Below are positions 29,104-37,430 of a DNA stretch of 40,269 bases, piece after piece. The DNA is from Dehalococcoidales bacterium (GTDB lineage: Bacteria; Chloroflexota; Dehalococcoidia; Dehalococcoidales; DATKVW01). The notes beneath the pieces were generated by a model. It had not been told where the DNA came from. It saw nothing but the letters and a program-made list of their open reading frames with translations, and searched no databases. A program made the translations under genes and the position numbers. Numbering within the stretch: position 1 is the first letter of the stretch; the number at the start of each line of letters is the position of its first letter. Where the stretch lies: positions 1 through 40,269 of the forward strand of contig DATKVW010000101.1 of NCBI GenBank assembly GCA_035529875.1. Reading direction: 5' to 3'.

Positions 29104-29131
29104 AAATGGATGAGCCTGAACTCATCCATTT
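29104..29131 (-). promoter_or_regulatory. Perfect 11-bp hairpin in the rpsL 5' leader
   Basis: AAATGGATGAG (29104-29114) and CTCATCCATTT (29121-29131) with a 6-nt loop. It ends about 25 nt upstream of the rpsL ATG. Confidence 0.5.
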
Positions 29132-29202
29132 AATCATAATCATAGACTGAACCTGAGTTCAATCTTCTAACTACCAACTGAGCCAGTAAATACTAGATGT
29201 TA

Positions 29203-29232
29203 AGTTTATCATAGCTAAATGCTAATTGTCAA
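29203..29232 (-). promoter_or_regulatory. Promoter candidate for the rpsL super-operon
   Basis: Minus strand reads TTGACA (29232-29227), 18-nt spacer, TAAACT (29208-29203). This implies a leader of about 115 nt. Confidence 0.4.
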
Positions 29233-29236
29233 CAAA

Positions 29237-29266
29237 TTGACATGACCTTAATCTTTCTCTTAGAAT
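29237..29266 (+). promoter_or_regulatory. Promoter candidate for thrB
   Basis: TTGACA (29237-29242), 18-nt spacer, TAGAAT (29261-29266). The two -35 boxes form the palindrome TGTCAA-CAAA-TTGACA. Confidence 0.45.
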
Positions 29267-29428
29267 TTCATTCGTATCCCTGTATGGTATGAAGAGTTTC
29301 TTAGAAGTGGTAACCTATGATGAGCAGGAACATTTTAAAGGCGTAGACCTTGCGCCTAAAATAGGTGCCGACAGCCTAATTGAAGCCATTAAAATTGCGG
29401 CCAAGTTAGCCAATAAGAGGTGATTCCA

Positions 29429-30373
29429 TTGCTAAATAATAAAGTGATAGTTCGCGCTCCAGCATCAACCAGCAACCTGGGACCAGGCTACGATGTGTTT
29501 GGACTTGCCCTGGATGTAATGCATGATATCGTGGAAATTCAGCCCATTGACAAAAAGGACATCATTATTGAGATGGAAGGGGTCGAGGCAGATACCATCT
29601 CCACCGAACCTGAAATGAATACTGCCGGGAGAACGGCGCTGGAATTCCAAAGACGCTTTGACACTTGTGGATTTAAAATTAAGGTTAAAAAGGGAATACC
29701 TCCAGCATCCGGTCTTGGCAGTACTGGAGCCACTGCGGCGGCAACAGCGGTGGCTATAAATCACCTTCTCGGTTTGAAACTGGATAAATTAAGAGTAACC
29801 GAAATAGCAATGCAAGGCGAGATGAATCCTCATGCTGATAATGTTGCCCCTTCAATATACGGAGGCTTCATCATCGTCAGCTCTTACCACCCCTTAGAAA
29901 TCTATGCCTTCCCACCGCCAACAGAGTTAGAATTTGCTCTAGCCATTCCCAGGAGTATCAAAAAAACAACCAGAAAAGCCAGAGAAATCCTGCCCGAGAA
30001 GATAGAGCTGCCCAAAGTCATTCATAATCTAGGGTCAGCATCAGTTGTAGTTGCCGGCTTGCTCCTTTCCGACGCCGAGTTAATCGGCAAAGGAATGCTT
30101 GGCGACCAGATTGTAGAACCGGTTAGAGCGCCTCTCTACACAGGATACCTGAACGCCAAGAAAGCTGCCATGGAATCCGGGGCTTTGGGAGCAACTTTAA
30201 GCGGGGCTGGTCCAACCATAATAGCCATTGTCAAGCGAGAAAAGGCTAACCCATCCGAGGTAGCCAAAGCTATGAAAGAGGCTTTCCAAGCCGAAGGAAT
30301 AGAATGTGACGGGTATGTTTCCCGACCAACGACCGGAGCCGAGATAATTAAAAGCCACGATAAAACTGGGTAG
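29429..30373 (+). CDS. thrB: Homoserine kinase
   Basis: RAPASTSNLGPGYDVFGLAL and the GHMP motif PPASGLGSTGATAAA. The TTG at 29429 sits 5 nt after GAGGTGA; the ORF track starts at the GTG at 29420, inside that SD. Confidence 0.9.
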   Translation: MLNNKVIVRAPASTSNLGPGYDVFGLALDVMHDIVEIQPIDKKDIIIEMEGVEADTISTEPEMNTAGRTALEFQRRFDTCGFKIKVKKGIPPASGLGSTGATAAATAVAINHLLGLKLDKLRVTEIAMQGEMNPHADNVAPSIYGGFIIVSSYHPLEIYAFPPPTELEFALAIPRSIKKTTRKAREILPEKIELPKVIHNLGSASVVVAGLLLSDAELIGKGMLGDQIVEPVRAPLYTGYLNAKKAAMESGALGATLSGAGPTIIAIVKREKANPSEVAKAMKEAFQAEGIECDGYVSRPTTGAEIIKSHDKTG

Positions 30374-30401
30374 GATTTAAATTTGGTTCAGCGCTCTTTT
30401 A

Positions 30402-30422
30402 AAAAATGTCTCAGACATTTTT
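30402..30422. terminator. AT-rich 21-nt perfect palindrome after thrB (weak terminator candidate)
   Basis: AAAAATGTCT-C-AGACATTTTT begins 28 nt after the thrB stop. The stem is AU-rich and there is no separate U tract. Confidence 0.3.
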
Positions 30423-30437
30423 GGGGGAGCTGAGGGG
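30422..30437 (+). repeat. Direct duplicate of the tRNA-Ala 3' end (att-like)
   Basis: TGGGGGAGCTGAGGGG here versus TGGTGGAGCTGAGGGG at 32861-32876: 15 of 16 nt identical, in the same orientation. Confidence 0.55.
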
Positions 30438-30515
30438 CTGTAGACTGGTTACTGGTGATGAGGAACAGGATATACTAATAACCACAGTGGAATACTTGAA
30501 GTAAAGGGGTAAAGG

Positions 30516-30707
30516 ATGAGCAATAAAATGGCAAAAAGACACCGTTACGCCGAAGCGAGGAAGGATTTTTCTATTTACGAAGTAGGTTTTAACATAACTA
30601 CCAATGGTGGGCCTTGGTTGACAGTTCCCGAACTCCTCTTTGAGAAGAAGGGGTTGATTCCGGTGTTGCAGGAGTTGCTCGCGTCCTACCCAAAACCCAC
30701 AGAGTAA
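30516..30707 (+). CDS. Hypothetical small protein (63 aa)
   Basis: ORF preceded by AAAGGGGTAAAGG. I recognise no family, and it lies in a long gap with no other clear gene. Confidence 0.3.
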   Translation: MSNKMAKRHRYAEARKDFSIYEVGFNITTNGGPWLTVPELLFEKKGLIPVLQELLASYPKPTE

Positions 30708-30843
30708 CTCTGACTGATCTAGCAATGCTTATTAGTCAGTTGAAATCACATCGTAAATGTCTATGTTCTTGTTCTATGAAGGCAGAATTTATGGAGTTGT
30801 TAATCACGGGAATAACCGCCGGCATAGCTGGAATCGATACTAT

Positions 30844-32544
30844 TCATTTCTCGGAGAATGGCCTTGTACCTGATATTTCATAAGGCCAGGCAGCAATACT
30901 GCCATCCATGAATTTGATGTTCCTGAAGCCAGCACCATCAAGTATCCGCTGCGCTTGATAGGCACGTACGCTTGTCTGGCAAAAGGTTACTATCTCTACA
31001 TCCTGAGGAAGCTCGTCTAGCCTAGCTCGAAGCTCTCTTAGAGGTATCAACCTAGCCTGTCGTGCTTCTATGCGATAGGTTTCCCATTCACCTGGCGAGC
31101 GGACATCCAAGAAAATGAAATCGTCTCTGCTGCCAAGCTTATTTTTGACCTCCATGGGAGTTAACGCTCTGGCATAACCTGATTGCTTATTGCGAATGAC
31201 GTTGGCCGCATTGTGCAACGGATCCATAGCACTGTTATACGGTGGTGCATAAGCCAGGTCTAAATCGGCTAGATCATCGGCGGTAGCACTAAACGTTAAA
31301 GCAGTAGCCAGCACATCAATCCGTTTTGCGGTATCGCCAGGTCCTATTACTTGTCCACCTAACAGCCTACCATTAGATTTTTGAGCAACAAGCTTGACCA
31401 GAATCTCTTTGCTGTTTGGATAATAGGTAGCATGTTCATATTCTGGAACAAGACAAGTTATTACATCGTAGCCTGCTCCTCGTGCATGTAACTCGCTAAG
31501 GCCGACCCGCGCCACATTATAGTCAAATACTTTTACAATAGTAGTGGCCAGCACACCGGGAAAGGTTTCACAACCACCAGTCACGTTCGTTCCAATCACC
31601 CTACCATGCTTGTTGGCTGTAGACCCCAGAGGAGCAAGTATTTTCTGATGGGTAATCCGATTGACATTCTCCACACAGTCTCCACCAGCATAGATATCCG
31701 GGTCGCTTGTCTGAAGGTACTGGTTAACGGAAATGCCTTTCATAGACCCAATAGTCAGGCCAGCATCTTGGGCCAGGCTCACATTTGGCCTGGTACCAAG
31801 AGCCAGCAGCACCAGACTGGCTTCAAGTTTCGTACCTTCAGTAATAACCTTGTGCACCCAACCATTCCCATCATCCTCAAACCCAATGACACGCTGCCCG
31901 AGTAGTAAGTTTAAACCCTTATCTCGCAAATGTCTCTCAATATAGGCAGCAACCTCGAAATCAAGGAGTGTTGGTAACACCCAGTCCATGGCCTCAACCA
32001 CAGTGACCTCCAGCCCTCGTGAAACAAGTGCCTCAGCCATCTCCATACCGATCAGACCAGCACCAATAATGATTGCCTTCTTAATTTCACGTAGTGAGAT
32101 TAAATTCCGAATAGCATTCGCATCCTCGATTCTGGTTAGGGTGAAGATGCCGCCGAGATTCCTTCCCTCCAAATCTGGTACTACAGGTATGCTGCCTGTC
32201 GCCAATACGAGCTTATCATACCCGACAGTAGAGACACGGTTCGTTTCTAAGTTAAGAATCTCAATCTTACGAGCTTCACGATCAATGGCTAAAGCCCTAG
32301 TATTGGTTAGCACTTCCATGTTCATTACATCCTTAAAGAAGTCATGCCCGCGCTCTACCAGAGTGTTTTCACTGTCAATTACCCCCGAGACGTAATACGG
32401 TAAGCCACAGGTTGCCGTCGATAGATTTTCCTCTTGCTCCACTATGGTTATTCGTGCTTGTGGATCGCATCGCCGCGCTCTAGCTCCAGCCTTCGGACCA
32501 CAGGCTGTACCGCCGACGATAACTATATTATTTTGCCTCTCCAT
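30844..32544 (-). CDS. CoA-disulfide reductase / NADH-dependent persulfide reductase-like flavoprotein with a C-terminal rhodanese domain
   Basis: FAD fold IVIVGGTACGPKAG, redox Cys in STATCGLPYY, second dinucleotide fold IIIGAGLIGMEMAE, and a C-terminal rhodanese loop FCQTSVRAYQ. SD is AGGAGG. Confidence 0.85.
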   Translation of the reverse strand: MERQNNIVIVGGTACGPKAGARARRCDPQARITIVEQEENLSTATCGLPYYVSGVIDSENTLVERGHDFFKDVMNMEVLTNTRALAIDREARKIEILNLETNRVSTVGYDKLVLATGSIPVVPDLEGRNLGGIFTLTRIEDANAIRNLISLREIKKAIIIGAGLIGMEMAEALVSRGLEVTVVEAMDWVLPTLLDFEVAAYIERHLRDKGLNLLLGQRVIGFEDDGNGWVHKVITEGTKLEASLVLLALGTRPNVSLAQDAGLTIGSMKGISVNQYLQTSDPDIYAGGDCVENVNRITHQKILAPLGSTANKHGRVIGTNVTGGCETFPGVLATTIVKVFDYNVARVGLSELHARGAGYDVITCLVPEYEHATYYPNSKEILVKLVAQKSNGRLLGGQVIGPGDTAKRIDVLATALTFSATADDLADLDLAYAPPYNSAMDPLHNAANVIRNKQSGYARALTPMEVKNKLGSRDDFIFLDVRSPGEWETYRIEARQARLIPLRELRARLDELPQDVEIVTFCQTSVRAYQAQRILDGAGFRNIKFMDGSIAAWPYEISGTRPFSEK

Positions 32545-32860
32545 ATCTACGCCTCCTAAATCTCAAAATTAACCAGGAATACTCGTGCCAAATGTAGTCG
32601 AGGGTCATGTCTTTCCGCAGGTACAGCACTCTTATACCGAGTTATTAAATAGTGCTGTTCAATCGTCGGTTTTGAGGGTTCCAAATTACATGATACTACC
32701 ATCATAAGTTACGATTCAAACATACCTCTAGGCAATAGCGAAAGCTAAATTTTTCAATCGGCTAATGTTGGGGAGGAGGGATGATTGCACAGTTAAGTGA
32801 GATTTATTGTAAGGAAAGGAGAACTGATCCAGAGGTGCATTAGGTAATATCATTACCACT

Positions 32861-32936
32861 TGGTGGAGCTGAGGGGACTCGAACCCCTGACCTCCTCCGT
32901 GCCAAGGAGATGCCCTCCCGATTGAGCTACAACCCC
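32861..32936 (-). tRNA. tRNA-Ala (anticodon GGC), CCA encoded
   Basis: The hand fold of GGGGTTGTAGCTCAATCGGGAGGGCATCTCCTTGGCACGGAGGAGGTCAGGGGTTCGAGTCCCCTCAGCTCCACCA has a 7-bp acceptor stem with the G3:U70 alanine identity pair. The anticodon loop is TTGGCAC and the T arm is AGGGG-TTCGAGT-CCCCT. Confidence 0.9.
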
Positions 32937-32985
32937 CTTCCCTTAATATAAAGAAGGGGGTTAGGGAGATAGGTTGCTTAAAAAC
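32933..32985 (+). repeat. Hairpin plus GGATAGGT tail module, copy 5, overlapping the tRNA 5' end
   Basis: CCCCCTTC (32933-32940) pairs with GAAGGGGG (32953-32960). It is followed by TTAGGGAGATAGGTTGCTTAAAAAC. The first 4 nt are tRNA positions 1-4. Confidence 0.7.
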
Positions 32986-33000
32986 TTACTGTAATAACGA

Positions 33001-33029
33001 TTGCCCATCATTATCATATGGATTATAAT
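33001..33029 (+). promoter_or_regulatory. Promoter candidate for the cyclophilin gene
   Basis: TTGCCC (33001-33006), 17-nt spacer, TATAAT (33024-33029). An AGGAG SD follows further downstream. Confidence 0.45.
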
Positions 33030-33058
33030 ATTAGCCAAAACTGGCAGGAGATATTCTG

Positions 33059-33664
33059 ATGAAAATAAGCGTTCTATCCCGAATAATTGGCATCATTTTT
33101 ATCTTGACTATACTTCTTTCAGCATCATGCGCCGGCAAAGCCCCGGCGCCGGCACCCAAACCTAAAACCTATTCCTCACCACCACCGATGACCATTGATG
33201 TCAACAAGCAATACACCGCTACCGTAGAAACCGAGAAGGGGAAGATGGTCGTGGAGCTATTCGCCAAGGATGTCCCGGTAACAGTCAACAATTTTGTCTT
33301 CCTTGCCCGAGAGGGATTCTACGATGGCACCACCTTTCATCGGGTAAAACCGGGGTTTATGGCCCAGGGGGGAGACCCTACCGGCACGGGGAGGGGTAAT
33401 CCCGGCTACAAATTTGATGATGAATTCACCGAGCACAAGCATGTTGCGGGAACACTATCAATGGCTAATGCCGGACCCAACACAAATGGTAGTCAATTTT
33501 TTATTACCTACACGCCTCAACACGGTCTTGATGGCAAACACACCGTTTTCGGTCAGCTAATAGAAGGAATGGATGTTCTACAAAAGCTGACACCTAGAGA
33601 CCCGAGCCAAAATCCACAGTTTGAGGGTGATACTATAGTAAGAATAACTATAGAGGAAAGCTAA
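33059..33664 (+). CDS. Cyclophilin-type peptidyl-prolyl cis-trans isomerase, secreted or lipoprotein
   Basis: N-terminal signal peptide ending LLSASCAG. Cyclophilin motifs [15 protein letters not shown] and [17 protein letters not shown]. Confidence 0.9.
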   Translation: MKISVLSRIIGIIFILTILLSASCAGKAPAPAPKPKTYSSPPPMTIDVNKQYTATVETEKGKMVVELFAKDVPVTVNNFVFLAREGFYDGTTFHRVKPGFMAQGGDPTGTGRGNPGYKFDDEFTEHKHVAGTLSMANAGPNTNGSQFFITYTPQHGLDGKHTVFGQLIEGMDVLQKLTPRDPSQNPQFEGDTIVRITIEES

Positions 33665-33670
33665 TCTCAC

Positions 33671-34270
33671 TTATACTGGCATACCCAGCATTCTCATCAG
33701 ACCGCGCAGTCCCCAGAAGCCGGCATAGGCAACGGTCAGGCCCTTAATGGTCTTACCCGCCCAGCAGATAATGAAATACCTCTTTATGCCGAAGCGCAGT
33801 GCCCCGGCAGCCAGAGCGGCGGGATAGAAGAAGGGGTTGAGCACCGCCGACAGAGCAAACAGAATCAATGAGCCCCTGCGCTCCATCCAGTGCATCATCC
33901 GTGAGTAGACTGCCTGTATTTTACCGTGCCTTGAATACATAACCGGTGTCCCACCCCCATAGCCTGTCATGTAGATAGTCAATGCCCCCAGAGTTTCACC
34001 TAAACCGGCTGCTATACCAACGAAGACGGGGAATTTCATTACCCCACCCAGGGCGAATACTACTACCAGCATCGGCACCGGCACAATAATAGTGGCTCCC
34101 CCCAGTATGCTGATTAAAAAGGCACCGGTATAGCCATAAGCCTCAAACGCCCGGATGAACTCCCAAAACCAAATAACTGCCGTCGCCATAAGCAGGGTGG
34201 CTATTATCCCGACGAGACCCATAATATAGGCTCTCTTTTTTGAAGTTTCTGTTACCTTACGCTCCATCAT
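33671..34270 (-). CDS. DedA/YqaA-like (VTT-domain) membrane protein
   Basis: Polytopic membrane protein with a G-rich motif GYTGAFLISILGGATIIVPVP. The start is set at MMERK (34270); the ORF-track TTG at 34312 has no SD. Confidence 0.55.
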   Translation of the reverse strand: MMERKVTETSKKRAYIMGLVGIIATLLMATAVIWFWEFIRAFEAYGYTGAFLISILGGATIIVPVPMLVVVFALGGVMKFPVFVGIAAGLGETLGALTIYMTGYGGGTPVMYSRHGKIQAVYSRMMHWMERRGSLILFALSAVLNPFFYPAALAAGALRFGIKRYFIICWAGKTIKGLTVAYAGFWGLRGLMRMLGMPV

Positions 34271-34330
34271 TGAACATCCATAAAAATACCACAGTAGTGG
34301 GGCAAAGCGCAACTAATGAGATTGCTTATT

Positions 34331-34607
34331 CACCTCACCCCCTTAATCCCCCTCTCCTTATAAGGAGAGGGGGAAATAGTTTTGTAAGAGGGGCTAACGC
34401 CACTCTTAAACGCTCCGCTTTCTCAAGATAGATTCTAAATTCTAAATCCTGACTTCAAAGCCTCAAGGTTTGTTCTCTGGTTTTAGTAATTAGTGCTTTG
34501 AATTTGTTTAGGATTTCGTGCTTGGAGTTTAGAATTTTACTAAGGGCTTCGTCCCTCTCTTACCTGCACTCTCCCTTCCCTTGACAAAGGATAGGTTGCT
34601 AAATAAC
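34331..34607 (+). repeat. GC-rich modular hairpin repeat, copy 6 (H1, H2, X, H3 right half, degenerate H4, tail)
   Basis: Perfect 26-nt palindrome CCCCCTCTCCTTA/TAAGGAGAGGGGG at 34348-34373. TAAGAGGGG/CCACTCTTA at 34385-34408. Tail GGATAGGTTGCTAAATAAC at 34589-34607. Confidence 0.85.
34431..34540 (+). mobile_element. AT-rich MITE-like module X, copy 3 (long form)
   Basis: GATTCTAAATTCTAAATCCT ... GAGTTTAGAATTTTAC inverted ends. Homologous to 354-447 and to the reverse complement of 8837-8947. Confidence 0.45.
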
Positions 34608-34647
34608 CTCCATCAGTGACAAGTGAATTATTGCAAACTCCTGGCAA

Positions 34648-37101
34648 TCATGCGGTGGCTTTAGTTGCCGCCTTGGTGGTAAAGGTTAAGCCCTTATCAC
34701 CAAGGTCAACAGCAATGGTATCTCCCTCTTTAAACCCTCCTTCAAGCAGTTTGGTTGACAGTGGATTCTCCACATAGCGTTCTATAGCCCGTCTCAGCGG
34801 GCGAGCTCCATACAGCGGGTCGTAACCTTCCTTAGCTAACCACGATTTGGCGTTCTCGGTCAACTCCACCCCCAGCTTACGCTCAGACAAACGCTTCTGC
34901 AGGTCTTGTGCCAGTAAATCAACAATACTTCTCAATTGTTCCTCGGTTAGCTCATGGAAGACTATAATCTCATCCAGACGATTAAGGAACTCGGGGCGGA
35001 AGGTCTTTTTTACCTCGCCCATCACCTTTTCCTTCATCTTCTCATAGCCCTGCTTCCGGGTTTTGGCTTCATCCTTCTGGGCAGCAAAACCAAGACCAGC
35101 CTCACGCCTGATGAGTTCCACACCGGTATTGCTGGTCATAATAACCACGGTGTTCTTAAAATCTACCGTCCGCCCGTGCCCATCGGTTAACCGTCCGTCA
35201 TCAAGAACCTGGAGCAGGCTGTTAAATACCTCAGGATGGGCTTTTTCAATCTCATCCAGCAGGATTACCCGATAGGGACGCCGCCTTACTGCTTCAGTAA
35301 GTTGTCCTCCCTCTTCATAGCCAACATAGCCCGGCGGAGCGCCAATAAGACGCGATACCGTATGTTTCTCCTGGTACTCCGACATATCCAGGCGCACCAT
35401 AGCGTTCTCATCATCAAACAAGAACTGGGCTAAAGTGCGAGCCAGCTCGGTCTTGCCAACACCGGTGGGACCGAGGAACATAAAGCTGCCTATGAGACGC
35501 TTCGGGTCTTTAAGACCGGCTCGGCTTCTCCTGATAGCCTCACAGATAGCTGCCACCGCCTCTTCCTGATTTACCAGTCTCTCGTGAATCCGCTCCTCCA
35601 TATTAAGCAGCTTCTCCGCTTCACCCTCCAGCATCTGGGACACCGGGATGCCTGTCCACTTGGAGATTAGCTGGGCAATTTCTTCCTCATCCACCACGCT
35701 ATCAATTTTCTCCCGCTTAAGCCAATCGCTCTTCGCCCGGTTATACTCTTCCTCCAGACGCAACCTTTCACTTTTGAGTTGAGCGGCACGTTCATAATCC
35801 TGCCGCTGTGAGACAGCCTCCTCCTCGTTGGTCAATTGTTTGAGCCACTGTTCCAGTGACTTGACCTCCGGGGGTGCGCTCTCGGTGTCAATGCGCAACT
35901 TGCTGGCAGCCTCATCAATAAGGTCAATAGCCTTATCCGGTAAATATCTATCAGAAATATACCGCTTGCTCAGTTTAGCTGCTGCCTCCAGTGCCTGGTC
36001 ACTGATTTTAATCTTGTGGTGGGCTTCATACCGGGGACGAAGTCCACGAAGCATCTCAATAGTATTCTCAACACTGGGTTCGCCAACAAACACTGGTTGG
36101 AGGCGTCGCTCCAGGGCCCTGTCCTTTTCAATAAACTTGCGGTAGTCATCCAGAGTAGTGGCGCCAACAGTCTGTAACTCTCCATGAGCCAGAGCTGGCT
36201 TGAGCATATTTCCGGCATCAATAGCCCCCTCAGCCGCCCCAGCCCCAACTACATTGTGAATCTCGTCAATGAACAATATAACCTCGCCCTGGGACTGGCG
36301 AACCTCATCCATTACTGCTTTAAGTCGCTCTTCAAACTCGCCGCGGAATTTGCTCCCGGCAACCAGAGCTCCCATATCCAGAGCCACCACCTTGCGCCCT
36401 TTAAGAGAATCGGGAACATCGTCAGCGGCTATCTTTTGAGCCAGCCCCTCGGCGATAGCTGTTTTGCCGACTCCGGCATCGCCGATAATCACCGGATTAT
36501 TTTTGGTGCGCCGGCTAAGTATCTGCATCACCCGCTTAATCTCATCCTCCCGGCCGATAACCGGGTCAAGCCTATCCTGACGGGCTAACTCAGTGAGGTC
36601 TCGACCATATTTGGCTAGAGAGCGGTATTTGCTTTCCGCCCTGGCATCAGTAACCCGGTGCCCGCCGCGAATGTCCTGAAGCGCCCGATATATCTTCTCC
36701 TGGTCAACACCAAAGCGGTGTAGAATCTTGGCCGTTTCACCCTTCCCCTCCCCTGCCATGGCAACCAGCAAATGCTCGGTACCAATAAACTCATCTTTGA
36801 GTCTACCTGCCTCATCGCCTGCAATCTTTAATAGCTGGGCAATGCGCGGTGTAGCGTAAATCTGCGCCGCCTCATAAGCCACCTTGGGAGACTTCTCCAG
36901 CGTGGCTGCTAACTCCCGTTTCACCGCCTCAACATCAACTCCAAGCTCCTTCAAAATGTCGCCGACCAGCCCCTTCTCCTGAAGTAGCAGTGCCATCAGA
37001 ATATGCTCCACATCCCACTGGCTGTGGTGATACTGGCGAACCAATTCTTGAGAAGCAGCCAGCGCCTCCTGGGCTTGCTCCGTAAATTTCTCCTGTTGCA
37101 T
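34648..37101 (-). CDS. clpB: ATP-dependent chaperone ClpB
   Basis: Clp N-domain, two AAA+ modules (GDAGVGKTA and GPTGVGKTE) and a long coiled-coil middle domain; 817 aa. Confidence 0.95.
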   Translation of the reverse strand: MQQEKFTEQAQEALAASQELVRQYHHSQWDVEHILMALLLQEKGLVGDILKELGVDVEAVKRELAATLEKSPKVAYEAAQIYATPRIAQLLKIAGDEAGRLKDEFIGTEHLLVAMAGEGKGETAKILHRFGVDQEKIYRALQDIRGGHRVTDARAESKYRSLAKYGRDLTELARQDRLDPVIGREDEIKRVMQILSRRTKNNPVIIGDAGVGKTAIAEGLAQKIAADDVPDSLKGRKVVALDMGALVAGSKFRGEFEERLKAVMDEVRQSQGEVILFIDEIHNVVGAGAAEGAIDAGNMLKPALAHGELQTVGATTLDDYRKFIEKDRALERRLQPVFVGEPSVENTIEMLRGLRPRYEAHHKIKISDQALEAAAKLSKRYISDRYLPDKAIDLIDEAASKLRIDTESAPPEVKSLEQWLKQLTNEEEAVSQRQDYERAAQLKSERLRLEEEYNRAKSDWLKREKIDSVVDEEEIAQLISKWTGIPVSQMLEGEAEKLLNMEERIHERLVNQEEAVAAICEAIRRSRAGLKDPKRLIGSFMFLGPTGVGKTELARTLAQFLFDDENAMVRLDMSEYQEKHTVSRLIGAPPGYVGYEEGGQLTEAVRRRPYRVILLDEIEKAHPEVFNSLLQVLDDGRLTDGHGRTVDFKNTVVIMTSNTGVELIRREAGLGFAAQKDEAKTRKQGYEKMKEKVMGEVKKTFRPEFLNRLDEIIVFHELTEEQLRSIVDLLAQDLQKRLSERKLGVELTENAKSWLAKEGYDPLYGARPLRRAIERYVENPLSTKLLEGGFKEGDTIAVDLGDKGLTFTTKAATKATA

Positions 37102-37104
37102 AGT

Positions 37105-37422
37105 TTATTCACCTCCCCTTAATCTTCTTACTTCTGACTCCAACTCCATTATCTGATTCTGCATCTCATTCATACGCTGAGACATGCGTAAAAATACCTC
37201 TACTCCTGCCAGGTTAATGCCGAGGTCATCCATCAAGGTCTTTACCCTACGGAGCAGAGCTATATCTCGCTCGGAATACAAACGGATATTACCCTCTGAC
37301 CGGGATGGCTCAACTACGCCAATCCTCTCATAATAGCGCAATGTATGAACCTGCACACCGACCATCCTGGCAGCTACGCTTATTACGAAACGAGGTTCGT
37401 CATTATCTATATCCATAATCAC
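37105..37422 (-). CDS. hspR: MerR-family heat-shock repressor HspR
   Basis: HTH region FVISVAARMVGVQVHTLRYYERIGVVEPSR. About 105 aa, wedged between a J-protein gene and clpB. Confidence 0.8.
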   Translation of the reverse strand: MIMDIDNDEPRFVISVAARMVGVQVHTLRYYERIGVVEPSRSEGNIRLYSERDIALLRRVKTLMDDLGINLAGVEVFLRMSQRMNEMQNQIMELESEVRRLRGGE

Positions 37423-37430
37423 CTCCGACT

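Noticed and set aside
29148-29161. TGAACCTGAGTTCA matches the GAAC-N4-GTTC core of Gram-positive-type LexA (Cheo) boxes.
   Set aside because: It is a single occurrence in the rpsL leader, which is not a plausible SOS target. The flanking consensus bases are not matched and a 4+4 dyad is expected by chance. It is treated only as a leader dyad.
30411-30725. A 104-aa minus-strand ORF in the thrB/CoADR gap.
   Set aside because: It has no SD and an odd composition. It fully overlaps the better-supported plus-strand 63-aa ORF and begins inside the thrB palindrome.
32781-32843. A 20-codon ORF (MIAQLSEIYCKERRTDPEVH) directly after GGGAGGAGGG.
   Set aside because: It is too short, the SD-to-ATG spacing is marginal, and it runs antisense toward the tRNA gene, ending 18 nt short of it. 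Nothing else supports it.
32892-32900. The tail motif shares GGTCAGGGG with the tRNA-Ala variable/T-arm region, hinting at a tRNA-derived (SINE-like) origin for the repeats.
   Set aside because: Only a 9-mer is shared, in a G-rich context. No further tRNA-like structure is present in the repeat.
111-34607. Possibility that the dispersed repeats are a CRISPR array or arrays.
   Set aside because: Copies are kilobases apart in separate intergenic gaps. The modules are variable and mosaic, there is no regular repeat-spacer periodicity, and no cas genes are present.
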